From Harriotta raleighana (lineage: Eukaryota): 64,000 nt of DNA. The stretch covers positions 3,547,538 to 3,611,537 of the forward strand of contig JBNZDD010013730.1 in the NCBI GenBank assembly GCA_050575255.1. Direction: 5' to 3'. The stretch's first letter is position 1; every line of letters begins with the position of its first letter. Position numbers and translations under genes: made by a program. Below the pieces are notes generated by a model. It was not told where the DNA came from. It made no database searches and saw only the letters and a list, made by a program, of their open reading frames with translations. Positions 25,716 through 37,956 of the stretch are shown here, piece by piece.

Positions 25716-25879
25716 GAGCAGAGTTCAACCGTTTGTCCACAAGGAGGGAGTGATAATTGAAGACACAGTGACAATATGCCGCTTTCATACTAATTTGAAA
25801 AATAAGTTAAGGAAAAGATGGAAAAGGTAAATGATGTTGATGTTATTGTTGACTATTTACTGAAAAGGTGTAAAGGTAC

Positions 25880-26345
25880 CAGCAAAACTAATCATAGAGT
25901 GCCCTACATCTGCTGGACGTTTCACTTTTGAGTAAATTGAAACAAGCTATTGTAGCTGTATGCAGTTGAAAATATCCTATTATTCAACAGTACATTGATG
26001 CCTTTGGAGAAAGTTCAGAGATGAATGACACAGATGATTCTGGGAGTTAAGACTAAATTACATTGAGAGACAGAGAATTGAAGAGTTCAGTGAAAATACT
26101 GCTGACAGCATACATATTCCTGTTATACAGGTATGTTTAAAATACTGAAACGATGAATAATGCAGTCACAATCGCAGTATGATTTGTTCTTTGGACTGCA
26201 AGTGTAGAACTGTGGAAATAAAATGAAGTTACTGTGCCTTAAGCAAGGCTGAAGGTTTGCTTCTAAAGGCACTATACAAGTTTAATTTTTGTGGTTGTTA
26301 GAATTTTTTTCAACACATATCAGAATTAAGTTGCTAATAATGTTT
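25880..26345 (+). mobile_element. CR1 ORF2 fragment, decayed
   Basis: ATTGATGCCTTTGGAGAAAGTTCAGAGA...ATGATTCTGGGA approximates IDALEKVQRRxTxMIPG. Confidence 0.6.
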
Positions 26346-26559
26346 AAAAATTGCAAGAATCAACCCATTCTTGTATTTAGCACTGAGTAAGAAAATTTAT
26401 TTTGAGAGATAGAACAAAGTTGTGAACGATGATGCTTCTTGAGATATAATCATTGGCAATCTATTAATTACTTGTTGCACAAACCCTCGTTCCCGATAGA
26501 TAACAATAAGAAACCAGTCGCTCAGAGCTGTAGAAATGCTTGCATTACAATGATGAATC

Positions 26560-26782
26560 ATCACAAAATAGAAACATGGAAGCCAGCCATTCAGTCTATT
26601 GAGTCCACATGGCGCTCACCGCAAGCTGCAGTTTCAATACTGTTGCTTTGCCCTATTCCTGTATCGCTTCAAGCCTCTATCCAATTTGCATCTCACAATT
26701 GAAACCCGTAGTGGTCTCTGCCTCTCCCACCTTATATGGTAGAACATTTCACAACTATGTGTGAAACATTTCTCCTAAGCAG
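26560..26782 (-). mobile_element. CR1 3' end fragment
   Basis: GCCATTCAGTCTATTGAGTCC 3' UTR motif and GTGTGAAACATTTCTCCTA (RRxFFT) on -. Confidence 0.6.
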
Positions 26783-26829
26783 TCACACATCAGTTGTAAA
26801 TTTTGTAAAATAGTTTATCTGTTGAAACT

Positions 26830-27143
26830 CTGAGCACCAAGTTGTGAATACATTTAGGAGCGAAAGAGCACTGCAGAAGTCATTGAATGAGACTCTTAAG
26901 GCTATGCCACATTTCATTCCGAGTACCAAGGTTATAGTTAGAGATAGACCAATGAAATGTAGATCCAGAGAACATTTCATCCCGCAAAGGGTTGCGAGAG
27001 TGTAGAGTGCTTAAGGGGGGGTGGTTATATAGGGTTATTAGAGATATAGAAAAAGGAAGAGAAAAGGCGTTATGTCACAAACTAATAAAAAGGCAGAGAT
27101 ACTCAATGGGCCAAATGATCTACTCCTGTTCTTCTGTTCTTAC
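26830..27143 (+). mobile_element. CR1 3' end fragment
   Basis: TTTCATCCCGCAAAGGGTTGCGAGAGTGTAG (FxQRVxxVW-like) and terminal ATGGGCCAAATGATCTACTCCTGTTCTTCTGTTCTT. Confidence 0.7.
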
Positions 27144-30129
27144 AAACATTTGCATGTAGAATGATAGACTAACTCTTTGTCTGTATTTAATGCTGCTTTC
27201 TATTTTATGCATGTTTCTGCTGAGGTCAGGCCTTGTGGGTAATCTTCAGAATCATAGAATATCTTCTAGATCTACAGTCTGATTTACCCTGGAGAAAATT
27301 CAAGAGCAAATCAACACAAATGTTTAATTTATGGTCAGTCCTATGATAAATACAACTATTGAACCATTGTTCTTGTCAATATTGTGTAACAGTAAGCTGG
27401 TTTCCTCAATTTGCCTATATTGATTCACTACACACACAAAATAAATTCAATTGGAAGTTCTTGAGGCAATAAAAACATGTACCATTGATAATCAAAAGGC
27501 CTGAATTTTCACTATAGCCAAAGATATCCAATTTGAGCTGAAACGCCCTTACTTTTATACATGTTTATTGATGCAACTGATTGGTGAGGGTGTTCGTCCT
27601 ATGTTACATTTACTGCAAATGACTGCCCCTGTACTAAGTATATGCTCTATATTACCTTTTTAACTTCATCATAGGAATGAATATAAATAATACATTTGTA
27701 TGGATTTGCTTTCAACCCAACATCCAACAGTCATTCATACTTGTTTTGATCTGCAAATTGGCATTACATTTGGAGATAATGTCCTTTAAGGTTTTTGTTT
27801 TCCGCACTCTACAGTAATATGATGACTAAGCTCCTTGTTAGGTACCATTACATTCTGCCTCCCAAGGGCAGCAGATCAGAGAAGACAGAGGTGGTGTTGT
27901 CCTTGGAAGCAGCTAGTTTGGATTCTTTGGGAAGATGGTTAATTCTCCTTAGAGGCCTTCATTATGATCTTCTCCTTCTTATGCCTTTGGACATCATTGA
28001 CCTACACTAGACAGTCCTTTGACCTGGGGGGATAGCATTTATTTAGAACTGATTCCAGCTTAGATCGTTTTGCATTGTTGTGTGGGAGCCCTTGTGGGGG
28101 AATTTAGAAATGTTTCATTATATTATATGAAATTGAATCTATAGAGATCAGCCACTCCTTCCTTTGTTCTATATACCAGCGCTCTCCACTTTTATCATAC
28201 TGTATTTTCTTTGGGATTTTCTGAAGCTATTGGTTAAAGGAATATTTAAATATAGGCACATATGATTAGTGTGTAATTTTAGTGTGTTGAATGTGTAGAT
28301 TGCATGACGGATGTAAATGACTATAGGTGTTGAAGCAATGCATCCTTGATGAGAATGGAAAGTATTGATTTACTGCTTTAAAAATTCATTATGTTTGTGT
28401 TTCACCCCGTTTGTGCTATTTTCGCTATTCTGCCCTGAAAACATATTGATGAGTGCCAATGTGTGCAATTTAAGTTTTCCTTTTTCCCAACATCAAACAT
28501 TAGAGTATACATTCGAAATTCAGGCTGCAATGGAGCTAATCTTATTTTCAAAACATATCAATATTTACCAAGGTATCTGTATTACTTCTAGTTCTTATTG
28601 CCATTTTATGCTTTTTGAAAGTTAAAACTAGTTTGGGAGTGTTGTACTGTGGTTCAGACTTTTACTCCAATGTTACCCAATTCCATTGCTCACTGTTTTC
28701 AAAGGAATATCTCTATAGTTTGAACAGCTTTTAAAGCTGTTATAAATATTAAGCAAAAGGTTGGAATACTTCTTAGGGGTGATGATAATTTTTTCCAAAA
28801 AAAGTGTAACAAAGCATTCACATTTGAATAAATCCCACTACATCTCATTAGTTTCAAATGGTTCCATAATGGAGAGTTGCAATTTTGAACATGAATAATT
28901 GTAGAGGGGATTCACGCCTTCTAATGGATTAACTTGAAATGATGTACACATTTGAGATGTTTTGCTGAGCAAGATTGACTATTAAGCAGTCTTCAGTAGA
29001 TTAGTAAATTGGTGTACTGCAGGCAGATGGGAGGATGTTTCCAACTAATCTCACATCCTCTTTCTATGAAACCCATGGCTATCATCTCCTTTTCCTTTAT
29101 GAACAATGTCTCCCATCAGTTATAATGTCTTCTCCTCTGCTTGAAAGTTCCAAAGTAATTTTTGAAAAAATGTTTATCGCCTGATGCAAAGGCCCGCAGA
29201 TTCTACAAACGGTGGCAGCGACATTGCCAACTAACTCCTGCTTTCAAAGAGTGCCAAGGCAGAGAGTTGAATTTTATTATTTGTGTTAGCATTGGCATTA
29301 GCGCAATGTTAAAAAGTATTTGTTTGCACCCCTGTGGAAATGTTTTATTAGGTTCGGTGGTGAAAAGCGATATGCGGTGGCATGATTGGAATATAAAAAT
29401 GTTAATTTAAAATGTCAAGATTCAGCCCACTTATGCAGTGTTGCACTGTGCTGTTTCATCAGCATTTGTGAGAATGGTTGCATGGGTAAGACCAGAGCTG
29501 TTCTCCCTTTTACTGTTTATTTGTCATTGTGATCTAGGTTTGTTTTGTGAATTTATTAGGAGTGTCTTTTTGAACTCATATTCCGTTGGGAACGTGAACT
29601 TTTTAAATACATTTTCTTTTATTGGCGCTTTCGGAATGTCGGCACAGATTAAATTTAAGCATCACAAGCATTGGCAATGCATATATTACCTTTAATCATA
29701 CACAGTGAATCAGATGAATACAAGATGCAGAAACGCAATCATGTGATAAGACACAGCTTACATTTGGAGAATGGTGCCAAAACGTAGAATAAAATACTAT
29801 TTGGCAGAGTTGTCACTGATTAATCAAGATGTGCAGTTCAAGAATATTTAACCTGTAAAAAAATAATGTCTGTCAGATACTGCGAATGTAGGCTTCTGTG
29901 ACTTCTGTGGGATTAAAAATAAATTCACCTGAAACACATCACAGACACACAGAATAGATCTAGTGCTCTGATCAAGAATTGAAAATGATGGCACATGGAG
30001 GAATGTACTCCTTGGTAAAGAACCCATTTATATTGATGGCAGGAGCAAATTCCCTATGGCTGTGAAATAAGACAAAGTTGCATATACATTTTATGTTTTC
30101 TGTCAAGAGGCAAAACCTCCTAGTAGGAT

Positions 30130-30450
30130 GTTAAAGATTTTTTTAGGGAAGAAGAGGCTGGTGAGGGGAGGAGGGGTTGAGGCCTTATTAATATTCAGAG
30201 GTGCAGGGGATATTGAAATCCCACTACTGGTATTTGTGACTAATCCCAATAAACAGTACCTATATCTTGGTGCAATATAGGCTCAGTGCTATCAGATGTG
30301 GCGTTTCTGAGTCACAAATGCTCTGTGATAGCTCTGGCTCATTTAACAGCTTGATTCAATGATGGGACATCAGAGTGGGTGTTCTGTTTGAATGAGATTA
30401 GATGATCTGAAGGATCTTCTTCATCCAGGCTAATTTTTTTTTAGCTTGTT
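30130..30450 (+). mobile_element. CR1 3' fragment, strongly decayed
   Basis: GAAGAAGAGGCTG...GAGGCCTT (KRRLRG..EA-like) and CTGAAGGATCTTCTTCATC 3' end. Confidence 0.4.
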
Positions 30451-31097
30451 ACCTGACACAATATATGGCAATGCTATTGAGAATCTCCATGAGATGCGTT
30501 CTGATCTGTGTGACTAAATGATTGTAATTATCTGGGAGGTTGTATAATTTGATTTCCTACACAAATTGGAACCACCATGACTGCATCTAGTGCTTTGAGA
30601 AGGCCTACCAGTAGTAAATCCGTTGGAACAAACGCAGAGAATGATTATTAATGAATATAATTAACATGCTGCTGCCACTGAAAGCACACTTCTGACGCTC
30701 CACAATGTAGTCTACAAGGACTTCATCTACAAAGCATCGTGTTCTTTATTCCTGTTGCAATATTTTCACCATAATTCTGGACACCACAGCTGTATTCACA
30801 GAATTTTTGAGTTTTATTGAGGTCAAGTGGCTCATTAGCTGCTTCAGAAGCACGAAATGCTCATTACTGCAGGTGCATCGTCATTAGCTCCTACTCTTCG
30901 GTTAACGCTGACAAAATTCTCACACGCAGCACTTAGGAATGCTGGGTGCTCATGCGATTTCATTAGCGCCTCATTAGCATTTGGGGGAAGAATTCCTTTC
31001 TCTTGTTATTCACAGACGGAGAAATTAGCTCTTATTGCTGAGAAAGTGAACTAATCCTGTAGGTGGATGCCAAGTCCCCACATTGTTCATTATTGCC

Positions 31098-31300
31098 ACA
31101 AACAAAAACGCAAAATACCGTCCTGCGGATGCTGGAAATCTGCAACAAAAACAGAAATCGCTAGGAACATCCAGCAAGTCAGGCAGCATCTATGGAGAAA
31201 GGAAGGAAAAGGGCCGTGGACCCAAAACATTGATTCACTTTTCCTTTCCCCATAGATGCTGCCTGACTTGTGGGTTGTTCCCAGCAATTTCTGCTTACGT
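31098..31300. repeat. Palindromic repeat with 53-bp arms (Penelope-like/MITE-like)
   Basis: Arms 31152-31204 and 31241-31293 are reverse complements with 6 mismatches and a 21-bp perfect core; 36-nt loop. Confidence 0.9.
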
Positions 31301-31564
31301 TAATTATGTGCCACGTTGCTTGTAATTATTGTGTTTAGGTTTGTAGCTTTTCATGAACAAGGCGATACCAGGAATGTGTTAAGATAAAGCCACAGTTACC
31401 TCAAAGTTTTATATGTGGCCGCAATTTCTAGCTCAGTTTTGGAATCTTCAGTTCCCGGTCAATATTTATTAGTGAGAATGTTACGGTACGAATTCAGCAA
31501 TTTTGTTTTGAAGTTCATCCTTTTGTGTCAAAATGTTTGTGTTTAAACAGCAATCCTGATAGGT

Positions 31565-31633
31565 GTCAGTCTGGCTCAGTTGGCAGCACTTTTGCCTCTG
31601 AGTCAGAACGTTGTGGGTTCAAGCTCACACTTG
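31565..31633 (+). mobile_element. Isolated tRNA-derived SINE head (SacSINE1-like)
   Basis: Pol III A box TGGCTCAGTTGG and B box GGTTCAAGC; matches the head of the 13380-13805 copy. Confidence 0.75.
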
Positions 31634-31685
31634 CTATTATATTAATAGTATTATATTAATGATAATACTACTCGCATTTGATATA

Positions 31686-32010
31686 TAATAATAATCCATA
31701 ATAATAATAATCCTTGCATTTGATACAGCATCTTACACATCTTCTAGACGACTCCAAGCGCTTCACAGAATATACTGTAAAGTATATTTTGTATATTTTA
31801 TGTATATTTTCTGGATGAAACGCGGCAGCCAATTGTGCACAACGGTGTCCCACAAACAGTCAAGGATTTAAATGACCACTTTTTTTTTGAGGGATTGTTA
31901 TCAGGGTGTGTGGAGTAAGGAAACTTGCCCAAGGTTTTGCCCTGCCTGGAATCAAACCCGGGTTTCTCACTTGCAAGGTAAATGTTCCAACCACTGAGCT
32001 ACGGACTCCA
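31686..32010 (-). mobile_element. Full-length young SINE (tRNA-Ala-like head, Deu core, L2-like tail)
   Basis: On -: GGAGTCCGTAGCTCAGTGG A box, CTTGCAA loop, GGGTTTGATTCC B box, Deu core, (ATT)n. Resembles my recollection of the chimaera SINE2-1_CM family. Confidence 0.9.
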
Positions 32011-32119
32011 CAATCTTTGAGATATCTCAAACGCTTCACAGATTATACTGTAAAGTGGATGGACTGTATATTTTTCCTTTGGATGAGACAGCAAACTGAG
32101 ATTCTGTCTATCTATTCGG

Positions 32120-32362
32120 GTGGACATTAAAGATCACAAAGCACTACATAAAAAGAGAAGGGAGTTTCTATCAGTGCCCTGGCCAATAATTCCGCCAAAT
32201 AAAATTTGTTCATTCACGTGGCTGTTGTTGCTGTGCACAAATTGGCTGCCGCATTCGCCCAAAAAAACCCACAGTCATTACATTTTTACAAAATATCCTG
32301 TGAAGAGCTGTGATATCTTTCCAACTTGAAAGGCTCTATATCAAATACAAGGATTATTATTT
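32120..32362 (+). mobile_element. Older Deu-domain SINE
   Basis: GGGAGTTTCTATCAGTGCCCTGGCCAA...GCTGTGCACAAATTGGCTGCCGCATT...CAAGGATTATTATT. Confidence 0.8.
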
Positions 32363-33459
32363 ATCTGCCGATCTATTAGTTGCCTTTCATTAAACTAATA
32401 GCTTCATTCTACCTAAGTGGAGATCAAAAGCCTTTGAAATTGAGAATTGGATAATTTATGTATTCAATTATGTTTTTCTATTGGTAGAAATACACTATGT
32501 ATGTTAAAACGGTAGCATTGTGTGTCAGGCCAATAGCTTAGAAAAGGAGCAAGTAATAATATTTTAAAAAATGCACAATGGTGCGCAGATTAATTCTTAA
32601 ATTTGTAAGCAACAAAGATTTTCAAATTGCTAAGAGCCTTTCCAAACTTAGCCTTTGAATTAAAGTGTTGATTATCCACATTAACACTTGAAATAGGAAT
32701 GCATGAGTGTTAACAAGCCCTGTAGACAATAGACTAGTTCATGCAGTTCTCAAAGGTGCAATTACAGAGCTAATGGCACCAAAGGACTGGGATGACAAGA
32801 TCCAGGAGGAAAAAGGGACGATAGGGTGCCCTTGATGCATTTTGATTGACATCCCATATAGGTACAACTACAGATATAACTAGGCTGCACCTTCTCTTCC
32901 CTCTTACTTTATTGCACGCAGTCTTTCTTTCCCATCTCTCTGTCAGGTAGTTCTGGTCAGAATAGATTGAATCATATAATGCCACAAGAGTATTTTGAAG
33001 AGGCCACTAAACAAATAACTTGATTGATCTGGTGGTGAAATTAGCACTGCATGAGATACTTAATGTCTTCTTGACTCCAACTGAGTAGTCAATTCAAACT
33101 ATTTTGATGCTCCACAAAGAATGGAGTTGTGCTGGCTTGTTTACATGTTGCTCTGCTTCTCAAGTAGCAGCATCTGTCTTAGTTAATAACGTCTTGCACT
33201 TCATCTGAACCCAGGCCCCGAGAGAACTGTGATGAGCCCAAGCTCCTCTTACAACCAAAGGGTGTGAGCTGGGGTACTTATGGGACAAATATTTCATTTA
33301 GCAATTAAAATAACCTATTAATAGGAACCCAAAACATATCAGTCCAATGGTAAATCTGAAGTGAACCTGCCTAGAATGTGTAGGCTGTGTTTTCTGGTTT
33401 AATATTCGATACATCCACCAGAGCATTACATCCTTAAAGACAGGAATTCATCAGATAAG

Positions 33460-33760
33460 TCAGTGGCAAACAAGCACAAGTTAAAGATGATCACTAGAAT
33501 TAAAATGCTAGGTTAGAAGAATGTTATTTTATATGGAAGGGCATTGGAATGTGGACTATTTTACCACAAACGAATGAATATTGAAGCCAAGTCTATTACA
33601 ACATCTAAAGTCAATTTGGATAACCACTTGGAAGAGAACGTTAAGGGTATGGAGAAATGGGATAAGAATAGATAGCTCCAATGGAGCTAGGAGTTAGCAC
33701 GGGCAGAGATACAATGGATTGAATGACCTCCTTCTGTGCTGTAAACAGTCTATGATTCTA
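33460..33760 (+). mobile_element. CR1 LINE 3' end
   Basis: ORF2 C-terminal remnant, then ATGGATTGAATGACCTCCTTCTGTGCTGTAAACAGTCTATGATTCTA terminus. Confidence 0.8.
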
Positions 33761-34129
33761 CAACATCTCTGAGCTCTGTGGAATAGGGTTTCGGGCTTAG
33801 GTTAATGTAATCAACAAATTGACAAGAAGGATAACCTGCTGGGCAAACTGTGCCCAACCATCTTACATACTGTGATGCAAGGATGCAATGTCACCAAAGC
33901 AACTGATGACTGACATCTTAACTGCTTCTGATGCACTGAGCTCCAAAGATACTCCTAGCTCCTGTTACGTCACAATGCAGAGTTAGGGAGCACCAAGGGG
34001 GAAGTTCCGGACCTTGATACCTTCCAGCCCCCAAAAAATACACTCTTTCTAAGGAAGATCAGGAAACTAAACAACCTCGGGGTCTCTTTTCATTGGGAAT
34101 ATTCCAAATAAAACTGGTCTTTCCCTTCC

Positions 34130-34535
34130 TGGCTATTTGTGGGAAAATTGACTGCCATTTTCATCCATAAAACATACGATCACTTCGCTTTACAGTAAAT
34201 CCCATGAAGCACTTTGTGACATTCTCCTGATGTATAAAGCGCTCTTTAAGGATTTTTAGAAACATATGTTAGCTGATCAAGTATTTTGAAACATCTCAAT
34301 GACTTCACAGAATTTACTGTAAAATTATGTGACTGTATTTATAGGCAAATGTGACCAGCCAATTTGTGCACATCTTTTTCCCCACAAACAGCCATGAAGT
34401 GAATGACCAATTTTATCTGGGAGATTCTTGTCCAGAACTTGGAAGAAACTGCCTTCTCTTTTTGAATAGTACCATGGGATCTTTAAACATCAAGCTGGAC
34501 AGGCAAATGGGACCTTGGTTTAACATCTCATTTCA
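34130..34535. mobile_element. Tail-to-tail SINE fragments (+ 34130-34255; - Deu SINE 34285-34535)
   Basis: + copy ends TAAAGCGCTCTTTAAGGATT; - copy has CAGCCAATTTGTGCAC...GGGATCTTTAAACATC...GGTTTAACATCTCA. Confidence 0.75.
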
Positions 34536-34899
34536 ACCACAATGGGGTTTGGTAAGAATTTTGTTTCAATTACTGTCAGTGGAATCTAAGTCACACTTGT
34601 TAATGAAAGCAAAGTGAATCATTTGCAGTTGTCAAGATGTTTGATTTGTATTATTTCATTTGTATTCCATCGGATGGTTTAATATCCGATGGTGGTAAAT
34701 GATCACACCATAAAGCAGAAAATTGCATGCTAAATAGCTGAGTGGTAACAGCACAATTAGGCCTAAATAATTGTAATGATTCCAGATAGGTTGATTGTGT
34801 CCAGTATGTTTCAGAGCTGGTAAGTGTAGTAAACCCTATAATGCCTACAATGTTGTCTTTGGAAATCCGCAACAAGAATGTTTGAACAGTAGACATGTT

Positions 34900-35065
34900 A
34901 CAAAGTAAAACAGAAATGATGGAAATGAGCAGCAGGTCGATCAATTTTCTAAGAGGAAGATAGGTCAATGTTTCAGGGTGACAACTGAAGCATGAGTTTA
35001 TCTTTCCATTTCAGATGCTGATCAGATTTCCATGCATTTCCAACCTTTCTGCTTTTGTTTCAGTT
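34900..35065. repeat. Decayed copy of the palindromic repeat
   Basis: AAAACAGAAATGATGGAAATGAGCAGCAGGTC ... CAGATGCTGATCAG...GCATTTCCAACCTTTCTGCTTTTG; imperfect inverted arms. Confidence 0.65.
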
Positions 35066-36254
35066 GGAGCATTTTCAGATGGAGTACCTCAACAAAAAGA
35101 CAAAATCTTAAGTAATGCATACAGTATGTTACTTGGTGATTGTATGTCAGAGGAGAGGAGGAAGTACTTATTTGGTATAAGGGAATATGAAAAGGCGACA
35201 TTTCAAAAACAACATATCTGAGCTGCAAATCATTATTCCTCTACAGCAAGTTTGGAGATCAAGTGTTACCATTTGCCTAATTGACTGTGTAATTTTAGCA
35301 GCAAAACAAGTATGTTAGAAGAGGCTATTTGGTTTTGAGTTTAGGAACTATCGAATGGTCAATAATCTATATTTGCAGTGTTTTAGTATTGAGCTTCGAA
35401 CGTGAAAAACTGACATATTTGTTTGGCTTATCACCAGGGCCTTACACTCGGTTATATATGTTTACTTCCTCTATCCAGAAACAACTCTTCCAGTACAAAC
35501 AGATTCTCTTTCATATTTGACCTCAGGAAGCAGATTTTTAAATGGCTCCTCATTATTCCAGTAGCTATATTGTTTACAAATCATTAAGGTTTTATTCCAC
35601 TCTGCTCCAGTTTGCTTGATGCAGAAGATGCTGACAGTGCCCCTGGCTAAATAAACAAAGCTCAAGCCATGTATAAGTTGAATTAATTGCAATTCAACAC
35701 AAACATGTGTAAATGCAATGTTCCTCAAGCATACTAAATGCTGTAGTTTTACTGTGTTTGCTTTGCAGTATGTAAGCTGCTAAAAATGTGAATTTTGGAT
35801 AAATATTGTGCATTGCAAGTTCTGCTGAATGGTACATTTTTACAAGGTTTTGCACTCATTAAGTGAAATGTAATATGGATAAAACTCCTTATGCTCCATT
35901 ATAATAATACATCTTAATACCAAACCTTCTGCCATCCACTGTACTAATGTTAACATTTTTATTTTATAAGCCCAGCCATCTAATGCTGTGAAAGGAATCT
36001 AGGAGCTACACATTTTGGATCACCAGAAATGAAATGGACAGTTTTCACTGACAGGGAAACCTAGTTGGTATCATGACTTAGAATTTGACTCTCGTATGCA
36101 GAAGTTTCAGTGCAGTTTCAAAGTCACCTACCACTTACAGAACCATACTGAATCATACATTAGCATATTTGAGATCTGTGATTTTCCCTTTGTTAACACT
36201 ATGTTATCCAACTTTTTCTTTATTTGTATTTCAATTATTTTTAATATTTGAGTA

Positions 36255-36670
36255 GGAACATAGGAACACACGAAGATAGGGCCAGGAATAGGCCATTCAG
36301 CTTGTCAATCATTTTATTGGATCATGGATGATTTGAAACTTAGTACCATTTCCCTACCCATTCACAACATTCCTTAATAACTCAGGAATATTCATCTATT
36401 TCCAGTTTAAATAATGCAACCTTTTCATGTAGTGAATTTTACAGGTTTCCGTTACTGTTTGCATGTAAAAAATGCTTTCTGAGTTCACTCTGAATAGGTT
36501 TAGCTCTAGTTATGAGATTATGGCTTCTTGTTCTAGACTACTGTACCGAGAGGAAAAGTTTCTCTCCATCTGCCTTATCAAATCCTTTGATCGCTTTATA
36601 GCATCTCATTCAGCCTACTCCTCAGCCTACTTAGCTACACCCAAGTTTGCTCAACCTCTCCTCACAATTT
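36255..36670 (-). mobile_element. CR1 LINE 3' end, decayed
   Basis: GAACATAGGAACA...CAGGAATAGGCCATTCAGC terminus; CTTCTTGTTCTAG (SRTR) and AAAAATGCTTTCTG on -. Confidence 0.8.
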
Positions 36671-36768
36671 AGTAATCTAACCTTTAGGTCTATTAACTGG
36701 AACAACATATCCTACAGACTGAAAATGATGCTTTGCACTTTGAGGTGAAGTTTATAATATAATTGTAA

Positions 36769-36866
36769 ATAATAATCCTTCCATTCTGTATAGTGCCTTA
36801 TCATGCTTTCGAGGAGTCCCAAAGTGCTTCACAGAATATACTGTATGGTGAATTGACTGTATATTT
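36769..36866 (-). mobile_element. SINE 3' fragment
   Basis: AATAATAATCCTT...AAGTGCTTCACAGAATATACTGT. Confidence 0.85.
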
Positions 36867-37038
36867 TGTAATTTGTAATTGTTAATACTGAGAAATTCCT
36901 TCTGCAAATAATGCAGCACAAAAATGACCAGCTTTTTCAGTAAAATCACTGAAAATATTTGTGTTATATCTATTATGAAATATTTTACTGTAGATCAAAT
37001 AATTTGGCCTCTTTAAGTTGATAAAACAGTTGTCAGTC

Positions 37039-37361
37039 AATAATAATAATAAGACGAAGAATCTTTGCATTTGATATAGTGCTTTTCACGTCTTCTAGAT
37101 GTCTCAAAGTGATTCACAGAATATATTGTAAAGTTTATTGGCTGTATATATGTGGGCAAAAGGTGGCAGCCAATTACGCACAACAATTGTCCGACAAACA
37201 GTCGTGGAATGAAATGACCAATTTATTATTGCTTTTTTTGATGGATTATTATTAAGCATGTGGAGTAAGGAAACTTGCCCAAGGTTTCGCCCTGCCTGGA
37301 ATTGAACCCATGTCTCCCGGTTGAAAGCCGAGCGTTCTAACCACTGAGCTACAGGACTTCA
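37039..37361 (-). mobile_element. Full-length young SINE
   Basis: tRNA head (TAGCTCAGTGG, GGGTTCAATTCC), Deu core, (ATT)n tail. Confidence 0.92.
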
Positions 37362-37640
37362 CAGTACAGACAAGTCTAAATAAAGATCATATTTACTTTG
37401 TAAAAGTACCACTTAACCAAGATAGGGCATAGTTGTGTTATATAATCAGTATGAGCACCAAAGGCAGGAGCTTCAGAATGCCTCGAGGTACTGTTTATGT
37501 TAGACTAGTTGACACTGCAGAATAAATATTAATGAAATCGTTCGTATTGATTTCGTCTGTGCTTTTGCGTTGGGATGCTGGATTTCTAGTGGGGGCATTA
37601 TGAAGGAAATAGTACACCACAGCACAGACCTGAGGCAAAT

Positions 37641-37956
37641 TGGAGTCCTGTAGCTCGGTGGCTAGAGCACTCGTCTCGCAAGCGAGAGACTTGCGTTCAG
37701 TTCCCGCTAGGTCAGGGCGAAACCTTGGGCAACTTTCCTTACTCTACATGCCTGATAATAATTCCTAAAAAAAAAACTAATAATAAATTGGTCATTTCAA
37801 CCCAAGACTGTTTGTGGGACACTGCTGTGCGCAATTGACTGCTGCGTTTCACCCACAAAATATACAGTCAATTCACTTTACAGTATATTCTGTGAAGCGC
37901 TTTGAGACATCTAGAAGACATGAAAAGCGCTTTATTAAATGCGAGTATTATTATTA
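37641..37956 (+). mobile_element. Full-length young SINE
   Basis: TGGAGTCCTGTAGCTCGGTGG A box, CTCGCAA loop (Ala-type), GTTCAGTTCC B box, Deu core, (ATT)n tail. Confidence 0.92.

Noticed and set aside
27780-28260. Compositionally distinct block, possibly a decayed L1/Tx1-like fragment
   Set aside because: Similarity too weak to assign by eye.
31565-31633. Functional tRNA gene (also the heads at 37641, ~31940-32010 and ~37290-37361)
   Set aside because: A and B boxes are present, but I see no complete acceptor stem, and the heads match or continue into SINE bodies.
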